This document shows positions 25,653 to 34,900 of a stretch of 64,000 nt of DNA, one piece after another. The translations under genes and the position numbers were made by a program. The notes under the pieces are model-generated. The model worked only from the letters and a program-made list of their open reading frames with translations. It did not search any database and was not told the DNA's origin. The number at the start of each line of letters is the position of its first letter. The first letter of the stretch is position 1. Source of the stretch: Alphaproteobacteria bacterium (lineage in GTDB: Bacteria; Pseudomonadota; Alphaproteobacteria; JAUXUR01). The stretch covers positions 5,304-69,303 of the forward strand of contig JAUXUR010000079.1 in the NCBI GenBank assembly GCA_030680745.1, in the 5' to 3' direction.

Positions 25653-28010
25653 ATGAAGTTTATGAATTTATCTTTTTTATCACTAATGTTTGCATTTACA
25701 TTAAGTCATTCAACGCCCAGTACTGCTTTTGTGGTTGAGGGAACATTTGGTGTTGATCGTATTATGTATTGTCCTGTGAATGATCCGCTTCAGGCAAGAA
25801 TGGTTTTACCTTCAATTGTTGATCAAAGTTTTCGTATTGATGAAAATGATCTGATGCAGGGTCATTATCAAATAAATCTGTATAATAATGATCGTTGTGA
25901 AGGTATTAATCATTTTTATGTTTTGCCCTCTATTGATAATTATGTCGTTCAAATTAATCAAAATGGTCTTGTTTCCTTTGATAAGATTCCTGACGATATG
26001 GATGTTTATGTTCAATCTACAGTGGCACAAACAAACGATAAACTCGAATTAATTGGTAATAATGCTTTTTTTGATTCTTCAAATTTAGATGCAATAATAG
26101 TTATTCGATATGTAGTGTTTGGTGAGGCACAAATAGTTGAAATTCCCGTTTATCCAAATATTGTGAATCTTGAGCCTCTTGTTGTTGCGCCTCCTGTTGT
26201 TGCGCCTGTTATTGTGCCAGCAATTGTTCCTGTTCAGCCTCTTGTTGTTGCGCCTGTCATAGCACCAGCAATTGTTCGTGTTGAGCCTCCTGTTGATGTA
26301 CCAGTTGAAATCATTGAAAATGAGGTAATATTTGAACCTGTTCATCCTATTAACATTATGAAAAACTATGCGGAAAATGCTAGTCGTATTGAATATGGGC
26401 GTGTGGGTACAATAAATGATTTTAAAGTAATTCTTCCAAACGCAAATAAAGATTTTATTACTGATTTAGCTGAACTTGCTCCTGGTCATTATTACCTTGA
26501 TTTTTATCAAGGCGAGGTGCTTCAAACAACAAATTATCTTTATATTTTTCCCGGGTTATACCCATCAGCGATTCAAATACAGAGATACGATGATGGATTC
26601 ATAGATCTATATTTGACAGGCAATTTTTTAGGTAAAAAAATAATTTGTGGTTCTGATGTGGCTCAAGATTTTGAAGTTCTTGAGGGTGTTGGCCGTGATA
26701 ATCATATTATGGCTTGTAATTTTTTAGGTAAATTTTATGAGGATATGACCATTAAAGTTATAACAGCTTTAGATAGAAACCTTGAAGGAATTATTGAAAT
26801 ACCATTTTTTCCAGATGATCGATTTGCCGTAAGGGAATATAATAGAGAAACACAAGAAGTTGTTGAGCCTTTTCTACCAATTCAAAATCCGATAATTATT
26901 AATAAAAATTATGATGAATCTGATCGTATAGAATATGGACGTGTTGGTTCAGTAGATAATGCTAAAGTAATTTTGCCTAATGATCGCCAAGAATTTATTG
27001 TTGATTTAGATAGACTTGCACCCGGTCATTATTATCTTAATTTTTATCAGGGTGGAGATTGTCAAAAAACGAATTTTCTTTATGTTTTTCCTGGGCTGTA
27101 TTCATCAGCAATTCAATTGCATAGATATCCTGATGGTAATATGAGTTATGATTTGACGGGTGATTTTAGAGATAAAAAATTTAGCTGTGTTTCAGCGGCT
27201 AGAGCTCATAATGATATAGGACGTATCTATCAAAATAAACTTGCTTTTGATCGTACAAATTTTATTGATGAAGTGCTTGATTTAAAAATTGTAGTGACTA
27301 TGCCTGCAGGTGAAGATTTTGAAAGAATTATTGAAATTCCAGTCGTTCCTAATGAACAAAATGTTGTGAAAGATAACACTAAGGCTGTAGGAATTATTGC
27401 GTTGGTTCCAGCACCGGCACCAGTTATTTTGGCACCAATTCCAGCGCTAAATCCAATTGTTGTTGAGCAAGTACCTGTTAGATTTAAGCCTATATTTCAG
27501 CCTATCGATGAACAGCGTATTCAGGAAATGATCGAAGGTTTTCACAATGCTAAGGGTATATGGGGAAAACATGAAGATATTATGAATAAAGGGCCTTTTT
27601 GTCTTGGAAATTATGGTAGACTTCAAAATGTATCAGAAAAAGTAATTAAAAAAAATGATGTTGAAAAATTTAATTCTTACGAAGAAATGTTAAATTATTT
27701 TGATTTAAAAGATTTTAATTACAAAAAAATCTGTGAAAATCGTCTTAAAGAACGTAATAATATAATAGCAGGTACATTTATTATTGATCGACCTTATGAC
27801 CTTAAAGATTTTACGGATTATGATTATATGATTTTTGTGGCGTCATTAATTCGTCACTGTGAAAAATATTTGAGTGAAGTTGAAATTGAACATTTAAAAA
27901 CTCTTTTCAAAGGTTTTTTTGAAGATCAAATTGATCGTTGTACAACAGGTTTGTTTATTAGAATGTTTAATATGCAAACGCAAATTCTTACAAATTTCTT
28001 TAAAAACTAG
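25653..28010 (+). CDS. Secreted or surface repeat protein with a Pro/Val-rich linker and a duplicated ~190-aa domain
   Basis: AGGAG SD before the ATG at 25653; signal peptide MKFMNLSFLSLMFAFTLSHS. Linker PLVVAPPVVAPVIVPAIVPVQPLVVAPVIAPAIV. Duplicated block NYAENASRIEYGRVGTINDFKVILPN...LAPGHYYLDFYQG...FPGLYPSAIQ aligns with NYDESDRIEYGRVGSVDNAKVILPN...LAPGHYYLNFYQG...FPGLYSSAIQ. Confidence 0.6.
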   Translation: MKFMNLSFLSLMFAFTLSHSTPSTAFVVEGTFGVDRIMYCPVNDPLQARMVLPSIVDQSFRIDENDLMQGHYQINLYNNDRCEGINHFYVLPSIDNYVVQINQNGLVSFDKIPDDMDVYVQSTVAQTNDKLELIGNNAFFDSSNLDAIIVIRYVVFGEAQIVEIPVYPNIVNLEPLVVAPPVVAPVIVPAIVPVQPLVVAPVIAPAIVRVEPPVDVPVEIIENEVIFEPVHPINIMKNYAENASRIEYGRVGTINDFKVILPNANKDFITDLAELAPGHYYLDFYQGEVLQTTNYLYIFPGLYPSAIQIQRYDDGFIDLYLTGNFLGKKIICGSDVAQDFEVLEGVGRDNHIMACNFLGKFYEDMTIKVITALDRNLEGIIEIPFFPDDRFAVREYNRETQEVVEPFLPIQNPIIINKNYDESDRIEYGRVGSVDNAKVILPNDRQEFIVDLDRLAPGHYYLNFYQGGDCQKTNFLYVFPGLYSSAIQLHRYPDGNMSYDLTGDFRDKKFSCVSAARAHNDIGRIYQNKLAFDRTNFIDEVLDLKIVVTMPAGEDFERIIEIPVVPNEQNVVKDNTKAVGIIALVPAPAPVILAPIPALNPIVVEQVPVRFKPIFQPIDEQRIQEMIEGFHNAKGIWGKHEDIMNKGPFCLGNYGRLQNVSEKVIKKNDVEKFNSYEEMLNYFDLKDFNYKKICENRLKERNNIIAGTFIIDRPYDLKDFTDYDYMIFVASLIRHCEKYLSEVEIEHLKTLFKGFFEDQIDRCTTGLFIRMFNMQTQILTNFFKN

Positions 28011-28165
28011 ACTTCTTTCGACTCGCTAATGTGGGGCGAGTGATAGAAGATTCGGCACGGAAGACCGCAGTGTATTCTTCATACATGAGGATCTGAGTAC
28101 CGAAGCGACGCATCAATCGACCACAGTAGTAGAGTTTCGAAAGAAGTCTACTACTTGATGCGTTG
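28010..28165 (+). other. Highly structured intergenic segment with multiple crossing inverted repeats. It may be an sRNA or leader, or a repeat-element remnant.
   Basis: gacttctttcga (28010) pairs with tcgaaagaagtc (28137). gacgcatcaatcgaccacagtagtag (28107) pairs with ctactacttgatgcgt (28149). ttcggcac (28051) pairs with gtaccgaa (28098). Local hairpin actcgc..gcgagt (28021-28041). Confidence 0.35.
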
Positions 28166-28189
28166 AATTTTAGGCATCGATCACGTTGG

Positions 28190-28227
28190 ACCGCTTTATC
28201 GAAAAAAAGATGAAGCGGTTTTTTTTC
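28190..28227 (+). terminator. Candidate rho-independent terminator or attenuator (accgctt-N16-aagcggt followed by T8)
   Basis: 7-bp stem with a large loop, followed by tttttttt; lies between the surface-protein gene and valS. Confidence 0.4.
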
Positions 28228-28331
28228 ATTAAATTTTATCGTTAGGTTTTCGGCTATAACAATTGTAAATTAGTTGAGGCTATTATAGAATACGTTCATT
28301 AAATCGCATCCCCTAATCATACGAGTAAACG

Positions 28332-30986
28332 ATGTTAAATAAGAATTATATCTCTCAAGATGTTGAGCAAAAATGGTATCCTGTTTGGGAAAAATCTGGG
28401 GCATTTAAATGCGATCCTCAATCTTCTAAAAAGCCTTATACGATTATGATGCCACCGCCAAATGTGACGGGTTCGCTTCATATTGGTCACGCACTGACTT
28501 TTACATTACAGGATATTCTTATCCGTTTTTATCGGATGAAAGGATATGATGCGCTTTGGCAACCTGGGACGGATCATGCAGGTATCGCAACCCAAATGGT
28601 TGTTGAACGTGAACTTGCAAAACAACAATTATCACGTAGGGAATTGGGCCGTGAAAAATTCTTGGAAAAAGTTTGGGCTTGGAAAGAAGAATCTGGCAAT
28701 CAAATTACACATCAATTAAGACGGTTAGGGGCAAGTCCTGATTGGGATCGTGAACGTTTCACGATGGATGAAGGATTGTCGCTTGCCGTGCGTAAAGTAT
28801 TTGTTGATCTTTTTGATCAAGGTCTTATTTATCGGGATAAAAGACTAATCAATTGGGATCACAAATTGATGACGGCTATTTCTGATTTAGAGGTTGAAAA
28901 TCATGAAATAAATGGTTCATTCTATTATATAAATTATCCTGTGCAAGGAACAAAAGACCGATTCATTACGGTTGCAACAACGCGTCCTGAAACAATGTTT
29001 GGGGATATGGCAGTAGCTGTTCATCCTGATGATGATCGTTATCGTGATTTAATCGGTAAAAGTGTTTTATTGCCGCTTACGGATCGTTTAATCCCCATTA
29101 TTGCAGATCTGCATTCTGATCCAGAAAAAGGGACGGGGGCTGTTAAGATTACGCCTGCGCATGATTTTAACGATTTTGAAGTCGGGAAAAGACATAAATT
29201 AGAACCTTTAAACATCATGGATGAACATGCTTGTTTAAATGAAAACGTACCTGTTGATTTCCGTGGGCTTGATCGACTTGTGGCGCGTCCAAAAGTTGTT
29301 GAAATGCTGGAAGCGCAAGGCTTTATGCAAAAAATTGAGCCTCATATTTATACGGTGCCCCATGGCGATCGGTCTGCGGCAATCATTGAGCCTCGATTAA
29401 TGGATCAATGGTATGTTGATGCGCATACTTTAGCGCAGCCTGCTATTAAGGCTGTTGAAGAGGGGCGCATTCAATTTTATCCTAAACATTACGAAAACAC
29501 TTATTTTGAATGGTTGCGGAATATTCAGCCTTGGTGTATTTCCCGTCAATTATGGTGGGGTCACCGCATACCTATTTGGTATGGTCCAAATAATACATTG
29601 TTTTGTGCAATGGATGAAGAAGAAGCTATAGCTAAAGCACATAAACATTTCGGTAAGGATGTCGAGTTACGTCAAGATGAAGATGTTTTAGACACTTGGT
29701 TTTCGTCAGGTTTATGGCCTTTTTCAACTTTAGGATGGCCGAATGAGACACCTGAATTGAAACGCTATTATGCGACGGATGTATTGGATACGGGCGCCGA
29801 TATTATTTTCTTTTGGGTGGCGCGGATGATTATGATGGGGCTTCATTTTATGAAAGAAGTGCCTTTCAAACATGTTTATATTCATCCATTGATTCGGGAT
29901 GAGCATGGTCAAAAAATGTCCAAAACAAAGGGTAATGTTATTGATCCTTTGGATATTATTGAAAAATTCGGCGCTGATGCAATGCGTTTCACGTTGGCGA
30001 CTTTAGCTGCCCAAGGACGTGACATTAAATTATCGGAAAATCGTGTTGAAGGTAATCGTAATTTTGTGACTAAAATTTGGAATGCAGCGCGTTTCACGGA
30101 AATGAATGAATGCCGTTTGGATCCTGATTTTGATCCAAAAAAAGCAACATTATCTCTGTCGAAATGGATTATTTCGGACATTATGGATCTTGCCAAAAGT
30201 GTTGAAGAATCGCTTGTGGCTTATAAATTCAATGAAGCGTCTCAAAGTTTATACCAATTCACTTGGGGCACTTTCTGCGATTGGTATTTGGAATTTATTA
30301 AACCAATTTTCTTTGGGGAAGATGAAGAGGCCAAAAAAGAAATACGTGCTGTAACGTCTTGGGCATTTGGCCAATTGTTACATATGTTGCATCCTTTTAT
30401 GCCTTATGTCACAGAAGAATTATGGGAGAAACGTTTTGGTTCCCCTGATGGATTGCTGATTCAATCTTCATGGCCAGATTTTACAGCTTTTGAAAATATT
30501 AAAGATGTTCAAGCGCAAGATGAAATGCAATGGGCGATACGGTTTATATCAGAAATTCGTACATTGCGCGCTGAAATGAATGTGCCGCCATCGTCTTTCG
30601 TACCTTTATGCTTGAAAGATGTAAGCAAGGCAACAAATGATCGTTTACAACGTCATGATGTGCTATTGAAACGCTTGGCACGTTTATCTGATATTTCAAT
30701 TATTGTTGATGGGCAAATTCCAAAAGGCGCTGTGCAAAGCGTATTAGATGAGGTCACTCTTTTTGTGCCATTAGCAGATATTATTGATTTTGCTAAAGAA
30801 AAAGAAAGATTGTCGCGCGAAATTACGAAATTAAATGATACGATCGTGCGTCTTGATGAAAAATTGGGTAATGAGAGTTTTGTTGCTAAAGCACCAGCCG
30901 ACGTTGTTACACAGTTTAAAGTGCAAGTAGAAGAAGCGCATCTAAGACGGCAAAAATTAGAAAAGGCATTGGAACGATTAAGCTAG
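28332..30986 (+). CDS. valS: Valyl-tRNA synthetase
   Basis: HIGH motif (PPPNVTGSLHIGHAL), KMSKS (KMSKTKGN), C-terminal coiled coil; 884 aa. Confidence 0.95.
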   Translation: MLNKNYISQDVEQKWYPVWEKSGAFKCDPQSSKKPYTIMMPPPNVTGSLHIGHALTFTLQDILIRFYRMKGYDALWQPGTDHAGIATQMVVERELAKQQLSRRELGREKFLEKVWAWKEESGNQITHQLRRLGASPDWDRERFTMDEGLSLAVRKVFVDLFDQGLIYRDKRLINWDHKLMTAISDLEVENHEINGSFYYINYPVQGTKDRFITVATTRPETMFGDMAVAVHPDDDRYRDLIGKSVLLPLTDRLIPIIADLHSDPEKGTGAVKITPAHDFNDFEVGKRHKLEPLNIMDEHACLNENVPVDFRGLDRLVARPKVVEMLEAQGFMQKIEPHIYTVPHGDRSAAIIEPRLMDQWYVDAHTLAQPAIKAVEEGRIQFYPKHYENTYFEWLRNIQPWCISRQLWWGHRIPIWYGPNNTLFCAMDEEEAIAKAHKHFGKDVELRQDEDVLDTWFSSGLWPFSTLGWPNETPELKRYYATDVLDTGADIIFFWVARMIMMGLHFMKEVPFKHVYIHPLIRDEHGQKMSKTKGNVIDPLDIIEKFGADAMRFTLATLAAQGRDIKLSENRVEGNRNFVTKIWNAARFTEMNECRLDPDFDPKKATLSLSKWIISDIMDLAKSVEESLVAYKFNEASQSLYQFTWGTFCDWYLEFIKPIFFGEDEEAKKEIRAVTSWAFGQLLHMLHPFMPYVTEELWEKRFGSPDGLLIQSSWPDFTAFENIKDVQAQDEMQWAIRFISEIRTLRAEMNVPPSSFVPLCLKDVSKATNDRLQRHDVLLKRLARLSDISIIVDGQIPKGAVQSVLDEVTLFVPLADIIDFAKEKERLSREITKLNDTIVRLDEKLGNESFVAKAPADVVTQFKVQVEEAHLRRQKLEKALERLS

Positions 30987-31402
30987 TCCTGATGAACAAT
31001 GAAACTTATTTCGACATCAAATGATGCGTTAAACGAAGAAGGTCTGGGTTGTCTAGTTCACGCGAATAAACCAATCCAGATGAAGCACTTTCTACCTATT
31101 TTAAAAATGCGGTGGTTGTCGATTGCAGCATACATTTTCACAAGGATATACCCAAATAATCTAAAACTACCGTTTTTAGCCGATGACCTTTGGTCGTTTT
31201 TTGAACCAAAAATTTCTAAGGTAAAACAATTATCTGTCGAAATTTTCGGTAGCAAAAATCACCTCAAATCTCATGCCTAAAAATCGATATTTCCAAATCA
31301 TTTGGGTATAGAACTATTTTATAAAATTAATCTTTTTACTTATTTGACAAATGATTAAAAAAAATTGAAAATAAAGTTAAACTTAAAATCTTGGAGGCAA
31401 TA

Positions 31403-31888
31403 ATGAAAAAAACAAACACTTATCTAATAATTATATTCGCGATGTTTTCAACACCACTTTTTTCCGAACCCAATTATCCAGAAATTACACCTAATGACGC
31501 AGATAGCAAAGAAATAACAATTGCAAAATGCCAAAAATTTAGCGAGGAATATAAACATTTCCTTCAAATACGAGCAGCCGTAAAGAATTTACAAAACCTC
31601 GACAATGTGGCCATGATAAAAAATTATTTCCCGAATCATCCAGACATTTTAAATACAAAAGAATCTGGTGGAATGGGCGCAGATTACTACACAGATGCCC
31701 CAGGCAAAATTCGAGACGTAGGGAATAAACTCGTACTCATCCGTGGTCAATGTATGGCGGCTGAGAAGAAATTTAATGTTAAACTCGTCCATGATTCAAA
31801 ATTTGAACCTTCATCATCTTCATCGTCCAGATCTTCATCGTCCAGTTCCTCTAGCGCTGGCACAAGTCATTCCAGTCCTCGGCGCTAG
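31403..31888 (+). CDS. Small secreted protein with a Ser-rich C-terminus
   Basis: GGAGG SD before the ATG at 31403; signal peptide MKKTNTYLIIIFAMFSTPLFS; C-terminus SSSSSSRSSSSSSSS. Confidence 0.45.
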   Translation: MKKTNTYLIIIFAMFSTPLFSEPNYPEITPNDADSKEITIAKCQKFSEEYKHFLQIRAAVKNLQNLDNVAMIKNYFPNHPDILNTKESGGMGADYYTDAPGKIRDVGNKLVLIRGQCMAAEKKFNVKLVHDSKFEPSSSSSSRSSSSSSSSAGTSHSSPRR

Positions 31889-31898
31889 ATTGTAAACT

Positions 31899-31918
31899 CC
31901 ACGGGACTTGTCCCGTGG
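31899..31918. terminator. Hairpin ccacgggacttgtcccgtgg between convergent genes, a bidirectional terminator candidate
   Basis: Perfect 8-bp GC-rich stem with a 4-nt loop, located between the stops at 31888 (+) and 31930 (-). Confidence 0.55.
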
Positions 31919-31929
31919 ATTGGGAATTA

Positions 31930-34900
31930 TTAAAACAATCTATTATTTTCGTTAAGAGCACCGATAAGAATAAGCAAGTTTACAGTCCCTTCATCAGTAA
32001 TAGAAGGTCTATCTTCTTCATCTAATTCAATCGAGCCGTTAATATGATTGTCAAGTAATGTCCGTAATTCGTTATAGATTATCAAATTCTTTCCTTGATC
32101 CATAAATTCATTGATTTTTGAACGCGTGATAGAAATAAGGGTTTTAAGATTTAAATCCGCATATTTATAAAAAATATCAAGCGCTTCTTGGCGATTATAG
32201 GCAAGTAATTGTTCGTAATATAAGCCTGCATTCATATCAAATTTTATCTTATGGCGTGATCCAACTAAATCACCAATTAAGTTTCTTAAATAAAGGCCTT
32301 GGTGGACAGCCTCTATAATATCAGCTTCACCACACAATTCCTGTAATAATGGACTAACAGCAGTAAATAGTGGGTCAATAATATCCTGAATTGTATCTTC
32401 TAAAAAGGGGTATAAGTTTGGAGCGGTTTTTTTAATCCCGCCTATTTCTTGGGCGTCTAAATAATCTTGATCCTCTACATCTATAGGGATAAGAGTTTTA
32501 AGTTTATATTGGTGTGGTAGTAATGCATAGATATTAACAATGCCAGCATCACGACCTGTGCTGCATTCAAGAATAGAGCTAAGGGTGCTTAAAATAGCCC
32601 ATTCTTGGGTAGATAAAGTCTCTGCTGTAGCATCAGCATTTAGTGTTGTTAAATAATGTAGGATGCATTTAAATTGTGCTGCTATCCTATGCTCTTTGGG
32701 TTGGGTTAAAAGTTTTAGTAAATATCCATCGTCATCTTGACCTAAGGTTGTTAATTTAATACCACCAAAAGAAGGAAGTCCTTCAGATTGTATTACATTA
32801 TTTAGTATAGGGTTTAGAGCAATACGTGTTTCTATTGTTCCTAACATTATATTTATTAATTGAGGATGAATATTAGGCACTGAATCAAAATCAATTTGAT
32901 TTTGAGAGAGTTTTCTAAAAAATGTTGGGTTTAAAGCAATCTTGTGTTTAATGCTGTCACTATTTTTATCTGGAAAAAATTGCCAAGATGTTAAATTATA
33001 GAAATCAATATGTTCTTCTCTTTTTTTGAGTAAATCTCCATGAATTTTATAAGGACTTTTTGGATCATTTGATTCATTCAAAAGTATTTCAACACGAATT
33101 GCCAATTGAACAAGCGCATTATCTTCAATAAGATAAAGCTCTTCATAGTTATTACTAATAAAATAAGAAACATATTTTGCTGCTTGTTTATTATCTGATT
33201 TTAAAGCATCTTCCATTTGGTTGATAAAAAAATCTTTTTCTTGTGTGTTTTGATAAATGTTTAATAAATTTTCAGAAATATAAATACGCTCATCATCTTC
33301 ATCTTCACCGTCATCATTTAATATTTTTTTTAGTCCAATATTTGGTGAAAAAATAAGATTTGCAATATCCATATGTTTTTCTTCAGGAAATATTAAAAGA
33401 GTGTCAATAAAATATAAAAATTTTTTTCTATCAAACTTGTATATACAAATGAATTTATCCCAATCATTGTCTTGATCTTCATATCCTTCACCTTTCTTAT
33501 AGTAGGTAATATATTTTTTGACATAAAAATCATAATCTTTTGGAAAATATTTTATTATTTTCTCAAAAGGTTTCAAGTCCATTGGGTTAAGATCTTTTAT
33601 AGAATTCCATATATCTGAAATTATTTCTTTGTTTTTTATTTTTGAAATAAAAGTAGCGATAGGGCAGATATGAGAGTAATGTAAATTTTCTTTTTGAGAA
33701 ATAATATCATTTGTTTCGCTGATTATATTTTCAAATTTGTCTTCATCAATATTTATAAAAAAGTTTATTAAATCGCAATATAGGTTCCCATAATTAGAAA
33801 TATCATTATTTGGGTGTAAATTTGAAAAATGTGAAACAATTTTGTTTGCGTTGTTATCAAGAATCTTCCATTTATCAATACCGATTTTAATAAAAATGGA
33901 AATTAAGCTTTTTTTACCATAATAATTTATATTTTTGTTTTTATTAAAACAAGAAATTAGATATATGATATCATCATTGTTGTTAATTTTAGAAATTTCT
34001 GAAAACAATTCTACTTTTTCATTTGCATTACACTCTCCTAATGCAATTTCATTTTTGTATTCGTTTATAATATTTAGTTTTTCTTCTTTTATTGTTAATG
34101 CTTTTTTAAAATTTGATAAAAAGTTAGGATTTGAATAAGATTTTATGAGTTTGCTCCAAAATTTAATTTTTTGTATGTCGTTGTTAGTTTCAGGTTGGAG
34201 TGCAGAAATGAGTAAAAAAGTTGTAAGAAAACTACCAGATAATAAATTATTTTCTGATAATAAATCATTTGTTATTTCAATATATAAATCGAAATTTTCT
34301 TGAGTGATTTCATCTTTAATGTTTTCTAGTAAATATATATCTTCTTGTGAATATTTTGTATTTTCATTAAATTTATTTGATTTTTTAATTTTTTCCAATA
34401 ATGGTAAATAAAAATTTAAAAAAGTATAATTGGTATCATACTTTGCATTACGTATATATTGGATATATTCCCAAATGTTCCAATCAGGTTCGGCGATCTT
34501 TTTTACGAAATCAATTAATTTCTCTCTATATTCCTTTTCAATGTTCTGAATTTCTTTTATTAGTCTTTTACATTCGTTAAGTGAATATTTTTCAAATTCA
34601 ATCTTTTTAAAACAATCAATTAATGTATTGAAGTCTTCATCTGTTGGGAAATCTGTTACTACACCAATTAATTCTATTAATTCTTCAATAGACCAATCTG
34701 GTTGTAAAAGTGATTTTACGACATTGATAATATTCTCTCGTCCTGACGATTTTATCTTTCCAACTGCGTTAATTAATTTTACGCAATCTTCTTTTGAGTA
34801 TTTCGCAGGTAGAATATTTGTAACGTGGGCGCTTATGGTATTAACATATTCATCGATATTAATTTTGTCGATATTATGAATTAATTCATAAATATTTTCG

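Noticed and set aside
29730-30354. Short ORFs inside valS (29730..29912, 29909..30196 minus; 30106..30354 plus, out of frame)
   Set aside because: They are embedded in the conserved valS coding region, in alternative frames, with no support.
30999-31280. ORFs 30999..31280 (+) and 31058..31255 (-) downstream of valS
   Set aside because: They are overlapping antisense partners in an intergenic spacer with no SD or signal sequence and no homology. This is probably non-coding, though a small protein cannot be excluded.
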